From NCBI GenBank assembly GCA_002633005.1, contig NMRA01000393.1:329833-393832 (forward strand): a stretch of DNA of 64,000 nt. The letters are read 5' to 3'. Under the pieces are notes generated by a model that was not told the origin of the DNA, did not search any database, and was given only the letters and a program-made list of their open reading frames with translations. Positions 53,719-64,000 of this stretch are shown here, in pieces. How positions within the stretch are numbered: the stretch's first letter is position 1; each line of letters opens with the position of its first letter. The translations under genes were made by a program, and so were the position numbers. This DNA comes from Phoronis australis. Lineage: Eukaryota; Animalia; Phoronida.

Positions 53719-54686
53719 CTAATGTCATAATTTTTAATACCCCATTTACACTTAAAACTTTAAATCTATTTAAAATTGGATGGGGGTTCAAATCAATTTA
53801 TGAATCAATTTTGTGTACATAAATGCAAGCAGCTATCGATTCAGTGTGGACTCTGTCTTGGAGGTATTTTCATATTGATTTCACATAAACTGCTTCTTAT
53901 TCTGTGAAGTGCAAATGCATAATCAAGCTGATTTGACTTAAGAGGGGTGTTGTCATTTACTTGGGTGTGCAGATCAAGATTTCTGTGCCTAGTTGCAAAA
54001 ACAGTCTCAATGACTCCCTACATCTTTTTCATATTTGTAATACTTTTCTATCATTTTATCTTGATTGACTTATGATTTTTCCTAATAACATAAGTGAAAC
54101 AGTCCTTAGTTCAACGAAAATGAATAGGTACTTAGACCTTATGGTAGAGTTCACTCTCAGCCAGAATTGACTCGGATAGTGATATTAAAACTGCATAAGA
54201 AAGGACAATCGATGTTTTCACAAGTCGACATTACGCAGTCTATTTAGGGAAGATAAAGAGTCCCTATTTGGGACTGTTTCATATAACTGGGCACTAGCGT
54301 CTACCTTTGTCTAAGATTTCCTTCATTATTAAAGTTTCATATTCTCTGGTTTCACCAGTTTTCAACCAACAACAAATCAAATAAAAAAATAAGTAAGTGT
54401 GATAACGATTGGGTTACCTGCCACTTATGAGAGGATGTTGTTGACATGAGTGTGACAAGTGCGCATAATTCTTACAGCAGACAGTGGAACATCTAAACCA
54501 ACTTTGTCTTTGTTGTGTGAACCAGAGATTTAGTGACTCACGCTTGATAGATCACAATAAATCGTTTTCAAACTTCAGTATACACTGGATGGAAAATCCT
54601 TCCTATTCAGGGGAATACACATATTTACACTACACGCTCCTAGTGCTTCAGAAACAACAATGCGAGTACTAAAAGAAAGTGTTACA

Positions 54687-54738
54687 ATGAAAGTATTAGC
54701 CATGCTTGTTGTGTTTTGTGTCTACATCAGCAAACTGG
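54687..54738 (+). CDS. Candidate alternative first coding exon encoding a hydrophobic leader, MKVLAMLVVFCVYISKL
   Basis: ACAATGA start context and consensus donor TGG|gtaagt in phase 1, in frame with exon C. Could be chance. Confidence 0.3.
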
Positions 54739-55528
54739 GTAAGTCAAGTCGAGTGGTGTTGCTGTGTTGAAGAGAGTTCTTTGTCTTCTTAAATTTCACC
54801 TCATATCCTATGAGCTCACTTCACTCACCATAAGAGACTAACCAGTGAGGTAATGTCTAGCCAGAGTCTCAAATGAGTTATTTAAAAGACAGGAAGAAGT
54901 TGAACAACAATTAGCTGTTAATGTGGGAGGTCAGATCCATTCATTGTGTATAGAATTGATCTGTGTTCTTGGGGAGGGTGTGATAGTCCAACTGCAGAGT
55001 TTACCCTTGTGTTGAGACTGTCATAATGTTTCTAAATCCTTTGTATGTGAGTTGTTGGGATTAAGGAACAGCTGACATAAATTCACAAAAGTTGTCTTTT
55101 AAGGTAAAATAATCCAATTTCACACAATCTCTGGAATTTGGGACACAGAAACTCCCGGAAAAAAATAATTTTCTTGATTCTGGAATTTGGGACAAGGGCG
55201 ATTTTAGCGCACACCATATTTCTCAAATGTCAGAAAATGTGTGTAATTTTGTCATCTTTTTGGTGCTTCTTGAGTTTCGGACAAATATTTATTGTCTATT
55301 TCAAGAATTTGGGACAAGCCCTGACTTTAAGCAAAAAATTTTTCAGTGTCCTTCATTGTAGATTTTTTACCGAATGGTGATGAAGACCACACCAATAGAT
55401 GGAGCTGCTGTCTTTAAGTTACATGTACATATCACTAATTTGGAAATGAAAAGCAATTAATCCAGCATTTAATTCTAATACAGTAACCCTTTGTATAACC
55501 TTTTGTATAATTTACATCTTAGGACGTC

Positions 55529-55598
55529 TCTTGTGGTGTCTGGTCATGTGATTTCACACCTTGTGGTGTCGGGTCCTGTGATGTCACACCTTGTGGTG
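55529..55598. repeat. Tandem repeat, ~2.3 x 30 bp
   Basis: cttgtggtgtc.ggtc.tgtgat.tcacac repeated. Confidence 0.8.
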
Positions 55599-56760
55599 GC
55601 TCCATGACTAATAATTTGTACTGTTAGTTCTACTTTCTTTGCAAATATTCATATTCCGTAGATGGGACTGTGTTCCTGGACCTATTATATGGTCACACCT
55701 AGTGTGAATGTAGGTACCCATGTGATCAAGAGATATGTGTGCACAACAAAAGCAAACAAACGACTCGGTTATGGAATGCAAAACTTTATTGCACAACTGC
55801 TACTGGAAACTAAAAAAGCCTCAAAGAAGTGCAGAGGAAGGGAACTGGTGCAAGTTGAGATATATAAATCCTAACCAGTGTGCATAATTCTACAAATGCA
55901 AGACCCTCGTGATATACTGAAAGGGAATGGAAACTTCTCTAGCTTTTCCAAATAATTTAACATTCTAGCCTCTCATACCAGTCAAATCAGTGGTTGCCAT
56001 TTTTCTGGTGTCATGACACAAATTTACCTACCAAACACTTGTTTGATTTTGCTTTTTTTTTGTGATTTTACTGTCCTGGTAAGCCAGTTGGTTTTACTGA
56101 ATATCTAGAGTACATAAATCACAACTAACCCTTGGCAGTGGTGAAAACGTAACTAGTGTAATGCCTAGGTAAGTATATGAAGCAGGAAATGACAGTGGTG
56201 GATCTCATGAGGAGGTCCCAACATATTTCATTTTGTGATATTTGTACACAAACCCTAACCCCCCCCCCCCCAAATGCACCAGTCAGACAGCAGTGGTAAC
56301 TGTCCCACTGGGTATAATTTAAACTGTATTAGGCACTGTGTATTGCATTATGTGTATTGGTCAGTGTGTTTTGTGCAATGTGTATTGGGCATTGACCAAT
56401 GAATGAACCTGCTCACCTTGTGAGTTTCAATTAGTCAATGAATTTCAGGAAGGAAGAGCACTGAATATTTTTATTGTTTTGCAAATTATACACCATCGTA
56501 TAATATTCAAAACTGAAAAATTATATATGATCATAGAAAATTACTTCATCTTTGAATTTTCACACTTGAAGCACCCAAATTATTACTTCCGCATGTGGTA
56601 TGGTCTACTCAAACTCATACTTAATTTATGTCTTGTTAGCTTGCAGAGATTCACATCAAGGACAAATATAATGTAATGTTTCAAATGGAGGTCACTTGTA
56701 CTTTAGGTTGAGGCACATAGAGAAAAGAATTTGTGGGTTTGAAATAGTTGAGCTATGAAA

Positions 56761-56985
56761 ATGTTCTGTGGAATCTTGTAATATCATGTTCTGTGGAATC
56801 TTGTAATATCATGATGTGAATTTCTTGTAATATCTTGTAATATCATGATGTGAATTTCTTGTAATATCATGATGTGAATTTCTTATAATATCTTGTAATA
56901 TCATGATGTGAATTTCTTGTAATATCTTGTAATATCATGATGTGAATTTCTTGTAATATCTTGTAATATCATGATGTGAATTTCT
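56761..56985. repeat. Compound AT-rich tandem repeat (atgatgtgaatttcttgtaatatc with or without ttgtaatatc)
   Basis: Seen directly; ends ~95 nt before the exon C acceptor. Confidence 0.92.
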
Positions 56986-57081
56986 CCAAAACAATGTCAG
57001 TGTATGTTCCATTGTGGCATGATTAATATTAAAATAACTGAATCTCCACTTGTTCACTTTTCACATTTTCTATTTCCCTAG

Positions 57082-57283
57082 TGATCTTGGTGTCTGGTGC
57101 CTCTGGTTACATTGCTTCACACATTGTCAAGTTCCTACTTGAGGATGGACAGCGTGTGCGTGGCACTGTACGCAGCCTGGAGAATGAAGAGAAGGTGAAG
57201 CCCCTGCGAGAGCTGTGCCCGGAGGCAGAGAACCCCCTGGAGCTGGTGGAGGCTGATCTGACCAAGCCTGAGACATGGGAGGG
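57082..57283 (+). CDS. SDR exon C: Rossmann-fold start of an extended-SDR NAD(P)H reductase (DFR/CCR/Gre2-like)
   Basis: ILVSGASGYIASHIV (GxxGxxA), VRGTVRS, LELVEADL. Acceptor ttttctatttccctag, donor GG|gtaaga (phase 2). Confidence 0.95.
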
Positions 57284-57817
57284 GTAAGATGGGTGGGGGA
57301 AGGGACTGTGTAGGCGTACTCAGGGCACAACCCTTATCAAGACTCTGTATCCAATGTCTCTTGTCATTTGTGTTCTGCCTGGGGTTGTCAATAGTCAACA
57401 ATCATAAAGAAATGTTTCAATATAATGCCATCTTGTAATGTGTTATTGATATAACTATTATTGTTTGAGCTGCTTGTGCTTAACTGCTCGGTCTTCTACT
57501 GCTTTTGCCCACATGAAGCATTCTGTAACAGAATATGTAAAGCAGTTTTGTCCTGTAATCTGTGATGCTGTAGAACTCTCACCGGTATTCATGTACAAGG
57601 AGGAGTGTGATTGAAACAGACATGTGATGATTTATTTTCACAGTTACACCCAGCTATTACTACGGAGAAAAACAAACATAGATCAAATTACTTTTTGCAT
57701 GCATTGCAGCAGATAACAGCTAAATATGAAAATAATTAACAATTCTGGTTTTAGCCCTAAGTCAATAAGGAAAATACATATTAGAGATCAAGCTATAATC
57801 ATTTCATATTTATAACA

Positions 57818-58164
57818 CAAGGTGTCTCAAAACTGTACTTGTACCTTAAATGACAATAACTGAATTAGTTATTTACTTTAGAACAATATTGCAGGTTTAA
57901 CTTTTATAGATGTAAAATAATTGAATTTTAAAATCAAAATAAATGTATTGTTTATTAACTTGAAAAAGGATTTATTGCCTTTAGATGTCTTTGACATTTT
58001 TTAATTTCCAGGAGCATAGTCTTCTCATATACACAAGTCATGTGACCTCTGGTGCATTCACTTTCAAAGCAAGATGTAACCTTATAGTAGGTCCGGACAC
58101 ACAGACTGGTCCATGTGAACTGAACAATTGTGCTGAAATTGAGTTACATTTTTGGGACACCCTG
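57818..58164. mobile_element. Tc1/mariner-type MITE
   Basis: TIRs caaggtgtctcaaaa ... ttttgggacaccctg followed by TA (CAGGGTGTCCCA-type end). Confidence 0.68.
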
Positions 58165-58533
58165 TATTTGCACAGTCAGTATCATCAATAAAAGCAAAAC
58201 ACACCAGATATGTGAACAACCAGTCACTCATTGCAGAGTCAAGGCCAGAGTTGTAGCATTGTAGGTGTGCTTTTGTTTTTCAAAGAGAGATAAATAACTA
58301 ATCAATTTCACTCATTAGAACTATGTTAAGTAGTGTCTATTTCAACACTTGCCTAGATCATTAAGCGTCTTGCCACCAACATGTAGGTCTCTCTGCACTG
58401 AATAACTACAGTTCCATTATCTCACACAGCTAATCTTGTGTTCTGACTCCTAGCTCCCTCTGTTGTATTGCCTTGAATCACTGTTCAGAATCTGTTGTGA
58501 GCTCCTCTTCACAGCCAGCTCCCTCTATTGTAG

Positions 58534-58715
58534 TGTCTTGAAGGACTGTACCTATGTGATCCATGTGGCTAGCCCATTCCCACTCACCCAGCCTAAGGAT
58601 GAGAGTGAGGTAATCCAGCCTGCCGTTGAGGGCACACAGACTGTTCTCAAGGCATGTTCCGCAGCCAAGACGGTCAAGAGAGTGGTGCTGACAAGTTCCG
58701 TGGTTGCCATTAGAG
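58534..58715 (+). CDS. SDR exon D
   Basis: VLKDCTYVIHVASPFP...PAVEGTQTVLKAC...VKRVVLTSSVVAI, with the HVASP motif and catalytic-Ser region. Acceptor ctattgtag, donor AG|gtcagt (phase 1). Confidence 0.95.
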
Positions 58716-59155
58716 GTCAGTAATGAGAGTGGACGCAGGTCACTCAATGACCTAGATATACCAATCACTAAAGCAAGAACATGAATGTGACTGCAATAGT
58801 AAACTGAAATTCATGGGGATTTTTCTCATTTATCATTTTCAGTTAGAGGAATTTGCTGCGCAATGCTTGTGCTGAGTGTTATATTATTGCCTGGATATAT
58901 TTGTGTAAATATAATGGGTCATTTGTCTCTCTCAAGGCTTGTAACTCAATGATCACTACATAAACCAACGAGCTGTAAAACTGACCATCTAAATTAAACC
59001 CGCTGTGGCTGTGATTGGTTAATGAGTCTTGCTTGAATAAGTGTGCTTACAATTCTATTTACAATAGAATAAAAGTTTTGAATCTAATCCACGTCATCTG
59101 TGCTTGACTGCAGATTTCTCCCTATCTAACTTACACCATCTCTGCACCATTGTAG

Positions 59156-59302
59156 ATTTCTCTCAAGCATCCAGCGACCCTAACATGGTGTACAATGAAG
59201 AGACCTGGACAGACACAGAGAGTCAGCCAGCAGTGACTGCATACGCCAAGAGTAAGACTCTGGCAGAAAAGGCAGCCTGGGACTTTATTAATGAGTTACC
59301 AG
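59156..59302 (+). CDS. SDR exon E containing the catalytic YxxxK
   Basis: YNEETWTD...AYAKSKTLAEKAAWDF. Branch-like ctaac at 59126, acceptor ttgtag, donor CAG|gtaagc (phase 1). Confidence 0.95.
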
Positions 59303-59345
59303 GTAAGCTTATCCAGATGTAGACGCTTTTACACGAGAAATAGTT

Positions 59346-59359
59346 GTTACCATGGCAGC
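59346..59359. promoter_or_regulatory. Intronic X-box-like site
   Basis: GTTACCATGGCAGC, one mismatch, just downstream of exon E. Confidence 0.35.
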
Positions 59360-59770
59360 GTCTATTGTTTGTCAGTAATGAAGAAGTCAAATTTCACCCG
59401 TACACTATTTCAAAGGGTTATTCCACTGACCTTGCATACCAATTTCAAAAAGCAAATTGTGTGTGAATGACCCCATTATTTACAAACCTCCAAAAAGTTC
59501 TACCATAAACGTTCTGATTAGCGGCCACGTTCACTTATCCGCCCATCCCCAGCTTTAGATGCATATGCAATTTAAACGCTCATTGCTCAGTTTAAAGCAC
59601 CCCTCTGCGATTTTTTAAGATTTCCACTTAAGTGCCCACCTCTTGGTTTAAAGCGCCCGTCCTCGACTTTTTAAGGTTGATGAGTAAGCGCCTAGTGCTA
59701 AGGAAACGTGCGATTCTCCGACTTTTAGATAAACATTGATGATAATGATGAGTGTATCCAAGACAGTGGT

Positions 59771-59999
59771 TTGGCAATGTGAAGTATTATATAACAAGTA
59801 ACAAATAGTTGTCCCAGACCATGCCTTTACTTCAAAATATAATACTTGGCAATGTGAAGTATTATATAACAAGTAACAAATAATTATCCCAGACCATGCA
59901 TTTACTTCAAAATATAATACTTGGCAATGTGAAGTATTATATAACAAGTAACAAATAATTGTCCCAGACCATGCATTTACTTCAAAATATAATACTTGG
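59771..59999. repeat. Tandem repeat, 3 x 75 bp
   Basis: ttggcaatgtgaagtattatataacaag at 59771, 59846 and 59921. Confidence 0.95.
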
Positions 60000-60049
60000 A
60001 TGCTTTGTCACTTTATTTTCCATATGTAAATGCTTTTCAATGCTTTCAG

Positions 60050-60138
60050 ATGACGAGAAGTTTGAACTTGCGGTAATCAATCCTGCCTATGTGATTGGAC
60101 CAGTATTAAGCGGTGCTAACCACTGTACAAGTATGGAG
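60050..60138 (+). CDS. SDR exon F
   Basis: DDEKFELAVINPAYVIGPVL...TSME. Acceptor tgctttcag, donor GAG|gtaatg (phase 0). Confidence 0.93.
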
Positions 60139-61043
60139 GTAATGTATAGATATCAACTCTAGTTACAATGTTGCTATTTATTGTCCTGTTCATGTTGCAT
60201 GTTAAGATAATGTGTAACATTTTTGATGTGTTGAGGAATTAAGCCAAATAGCTACGCAGCTATAGAATGTAACACTGTACAATGGAGTCCACCTCGTGTG
60301 ATACCCACACTTTCAATGTAAATTGTGATAACATGTGGGATACTTCATTAAACGAGTTCTAACTTGACCTTGACCTTAACCGTGACTACAGTAAGTAAAG
60401 CAAGACAATAAATTAGTTAGTCAGTTAGGAGTTTGCTTATAAATAAAGATGAGAAATTAACCAAAATTTGAATGTTCCCCAAGTGACTACTGTTATATAT
60501 CTAGTTGTGTTGTTATTCATTAGATTAGTAATGTGAAAATAACTGAACCAATAAAACAGTATCGTCTACAGTTCGAAATCACCCTTTTTCATGAATTTAT
60601 GGGTGAGATAGCTCATCAGAAAATGACTGATTTTAACCCATGTCACATGCACAATGCAAATGAATTGAAGACTGATTAGGTTGTTTTTTGGGTTTAATGA
60701 CATTTCATGACATACTGGGGTATTATGTAATCCTGTATGACAGTGAGCGACCTCCACTGAATATGGATGAAAATATTGTCTCCATTCTTATTTTGGACTT
60801 TGTAGGAATTAGATACTGATTGGGTCATGTGACCATGTATTACTAACAATAAATTTTATAACAAAAGGAAAAGTTATATTCATTATCAAAGCACTCGTAT
60901 CAATAAAAGGGCTAGGTTTCTCTTTCTGCATTAAATTTTCAAAAATTCTGTTATAGTTTTCTTGATTATCTTTTTGTTTCTGTTTAAAATTTTTGTCTAA
61001 ATACTACACAATAGCACGTTATGTGGTAATGGGGACATTTTAA

Positions 61044-61260
61044 GGTTATGTAACACTCTCGGAAAATGGCCAAATTTGGCAAACTTTGGAACAATATGTC
61101 TCAAAAGTGGCCGGTTGAAATCGTGAAGTTTTCAGAGATCATGGTGCTTAATTCACTATTCTCCAAAACGTTGTTAGGAATTGGTACTTTTGCCACTTTT
61201 GCATGACGAGGTTTCAAAAATAGTACTTTTAGGAAGAAAACCAAAAGTGGCATCAAATGA
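61044..61260. mobile_element. Kolobok-like element, partial copy 4
   Basis: ttaa|ggttatgta, then aaaatggccaaatttggcaaacttt...tctcaaaa similar to 47838-47880. Right end not defined. Confidence 0.55.
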
Positions 61261-62102
61261 AAAGATAATTTAGAAAACCGTGTTGAGGGATGAGTTACCG
61301 GATTTCACTGATTGGCTAGTCAGGATACAGAAGTGCCGTTATCAGTTTGACAGCGATAGCAACGGAAGAAAGTTGGCAAACCAATGTTCACATAGTCTAG
61401 CTCTCTCATTGTCTGGTTCATCTGATAAGCTCACGTAATCCAGCATTTATGTCTGCATGCCAGATGCTAACCGATAATTAAAAAATGTTTCCAATTGAAA
61501 GGACTTTGAACAAGTGTCGTAACAAAGATGTGTTTTGTATGAAAAGCTACCACCAAAAAACTTTGAACGGCGAAAAGCGCTTGAGTTTCAGAGAAATTAG
61601 ACTTAACTTTCACCTGCTGATTTCTTTGTGTAACTTTAGGCTCTGACTTGCTTACTCATGCTACAGCTGCACAATAGGCTTGTTTGTCAAGTTTAATCAA
61701 ACATGATACAAGACCAGATGGTGATGTTGGAAATTTCTTGTTTTTAACAGTCCAGGGGAATGGTACGTAATGGTAACAGTGTTTTTGAGGTTTCACTTTT
61801 CTTATCAAACAAAATTTGGCCATATTGTTGATACTGCTATTTGCACTAGGACTAGTATCCAGATAAAGCCTCCAAACCTAGCAACAACTCATTGCAGGAG
61901 TAACTTGTTCTATGCTAAGTATATGTGTGGATGGCACTTAACACACAGAATACTATGTTAAGGTCTTGTGCAGAGCTAATAAAGTGTTGTCTTGAGTCAT
62001 GTCATCTCATCAAGCTCATAAGACAACTCCGTCAACATGCCTCTGTGTCCTGCGGTTACTTGTCAGCACCACCAGCAAGCTACATTCCAAATGTCTTTTC
62101 AG

Positions 62103-62223
62103 ATTCCCAAGCGTCTTCTTGAGCGGGCCACTCCCATGTTACCCAAACTCAACTTCCCTGTTGTTGACGTTAGAGATGTCGCCCTCGCTCATATCAGAGC
62201 TCTCACCATGCCAGATGCTGCAG
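62103..62223 (+). CDS. SDR exon G
   Basis: IPKRLLER...FPVVDVRDVALAHIRALTMPDAA (VDVRDVA motif). Acceptor gtcttttcag, donor CAG|gtaaac (phase 1). Confidence 0.94.
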
Positions 62224-62525
62224 GTAAACCTTAAATCAGACCATGTAGGCAAAATGTAGGCAATTGCTGCAAACACGTTTTTCAGAATAGCTTAACTTAA
62301 ATATATTTGATTGAATTAAGTGCTAATCTTCATACAAAGAAAAGATTTCAATCAAAGAAAATAGCTGGACAAAAAGTTTAAAAGTGTGATGGTTGTTACT
62401 TGTTTTTCTATCTCAGAACTATTTTTAAGCATTTTACCGCCACCCAAAAAAGTGTTTAAGTATAAATGGTGAAAAAATTATGGTGACATGTTCTTGATGT
62501 TGATGTTAAATGTGTGGTTTTCTAG

Positions 62526-62606
62526 GCAAACGTCATATTCTGTTCACTAAAAACATGTGGATGAAAGAGATAGCTCAGTGCGTCGCTAAAGAGTTTAAAC
62601 CCCAAG
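62526..62606 (+). CDS. SDR exon H1 (81 nt), first member of a duplicated exon pair
   Basis: (G)KRHILFTKNMWMKEIAQCVAKEFKPQ(G). Acceptor ttttctag, donor AAG|gtagac, phase 1-1. Too short for the ORF track. Confidence 0.9.
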
Positions 62607-63355
62607 GTAGACATTCTTGTGTTGTTTGTCTGTCTGCCTGTAGATAGCGCTGTTGCAACATGTCAAAGGTCGCCTGTACCCTCTGTTGGTTACTGACTCT
62701 GGTTACTGAATGGCACAGACATGTCTACTCACAGTTTGCGACAATGTCTGAGCACGCCATTCCTAAGCATGGCTAAATTTATGGTTTTCATTGCCAATAT
62801 ACAAATAACAAATTCTCAATTAATCAGATTCAGTAACTATCACAGATATGTTAGCTAGTTGTTGCTCTGTTTACTAACAATCTTTCATTTCTCTCTTCTT
62901 TCCTGGCTGTGTGTGTTTGGTGTGAATGTACGTATATCACTTCTGTTGGCTCCCCTAATGCAAACTTTAACGTTTTGTTTAACAATTCACATGTATTGTA
63001 TATTATGAATTTTAAATGCTATGCAACTAACTCATGGATCATAAAACAATAATATTAACATTATTTATTTTCAAAATCCTGTAATTTCATAAAATGACCA
63101 TTGTTTCTGTGGTTTGTCTTTGAAACTTGTCTGTCAATCTTTACTTTTATTGGCAACCTTAACTGTTAACTTTTCGTTCAATAATTCTGCATATATAATT
63201 ATTACTTTTGTTTGCAACTTGAAAATCATATGACAATGACATTAAAATGTCAATTAAAATGACTGGTTTCTGTGTGTTATTTTTGTAACTTGTCTCCCCT
63301 TGCTACTTGTTGGTCTGTGTGTATGTCTGTACGTGTGATGTGATGGTGGGATTAG

Positions 63356-63436
63356 GACACAGGCATATTTTGAATACCAAGAATATAAACATAAAGGATA
63401 TGGCCCTGCTCATGGATGAGGAATTCAGGGAACAAG
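63356..63436 (+). CDS. SDR exon H2 (81 nt), paralogous alternative to H1, probably mutually exclusive
   Basis: (G)HRHILNTKNINIKDMALLMDEEFREQ(G). Same length and phase as H1, 13/27 identical residues. Acceptor attag, donor AAG|gtagta. Confidence 0.82.
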
Positions 63437-63813
63437 GTAGTAACTTCTGGTGTTAGTTTGTTGGCTTGTGGAAGGGGAGCTGCATGTGTTCTTTTATGTA
63501 CTTTGCTTGTTGAGCACTGCATGATTTATTTTCTTGTAAAAATTGGCATTTCATTTTGAACGGTTACATTATGTTGTCCCTTAAAATCTGTTAATTCAAA
63601 ATGGTTCATTTCGAAAAAACTCACTGTTCATGTGTCTTATTCTGAACTCCCATGATTTTGAAGAGACACTAAGACCAACCTAGCATTGCTGAGGCATACT
63701 TTTCAGAATGTCCCAATTGAGGGAATTGGCTGTGCTAGGAGTTGCCATTATACTGGAACTCAGGCCACTGCCCCAGTGACAGATAAGAGTGACTGTGGTT
63801 TGTTGATGACCTG

Positions 63814-64000
63814 ACCATCACTATCCTCATCACTTCATACTGTGAACACAACACCACCACTGTCCTCATAACTTCATACTGTGAACACAACACCACCACT
63901 GTCCTCATCACTTCATACTGTGAACACAACACCATCACTGTCCTCATCACTTCATACTGTGAACACAACACCACCACTGTCCTCATCACTTCATACTGTG
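63814..64000. repeat. Minisatellite, 39-bp unit, running off the window
   Basis: accactgtcctcatcacttcatactgtgaacacaacacc repeated ~4.8 times. Confidence 0.95.

Noticed and set aside
61975-62025. LIKCCLES..IKL as a decayed duplicate of exon G (IPKRLLER)
   Set aside because: Only ~15 nt of similarity, no good acceptor tract and no VDVRDVA equivalent; compatible with chance.
57082-63436. Horizontal transfer of a plant flavonoid/lignin gene (DFR/CCR)
   Set aside because: This extended-SDR class occurs natively in many invertebrates and the gene has ordinary large introns; similarity does not imply flavonoid chemistry.
1993-64000. Regular 33-42 bp repeat arrays as CRISPR arrays
   Set aside because: Units are head-to-tail with no unique spacers, there are no cas genes, and the context is eukaryotic.

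Overview
AT-rich, CpG-poor eukaryotic genomic DNA that looks like an invertebrate animal (large GT-AG introns, MITEs, minisatellites); the species cannot be determined from the sequence. No rRNA, tRNA or CRISPR features are evident. One + strand spliced gene can be reconstructed with consistent intron phases: join(37841..39884, 41541..41837, 57082..57283, 58534..58715, 59156..59302, 60050..60138, 62103..62223, [62526..62606 OR 63356..63436], continuing past 64000). It encodes a ~780-aa acidic, probably disordered N-terminal arm joined to an extended-SDR NAD(P)H reductase of the flavonoid/cinnamoyl-CoA/aldehyde-reductase-like class (GASGYIA, HVASP, TSS, YAKSK, VDVRDVA). Main points of interest: (1) a close match to the AKAP amphipathic helix that binds PKA-RII/RIIa domains (QINEVANKIVREVIAEA) inside the acidic arm, suggesting a scaffold-reductase fusion; (2) a tandemly duplicated 81-nt exon pair in the C-terminal domain that looks mutually exclusive; (3) phase-1 N-terminal modules that could be swapped, including a candidate hydrophobic first exon; (4) RFX X-boxes and several candidate alternative promoters. 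Everything else is intronic or intergenic: tandem repeats, MITE families, a repeat carrying CTCF-like motifs and decayed TE remnants. All calls were made by eye, without database searches.
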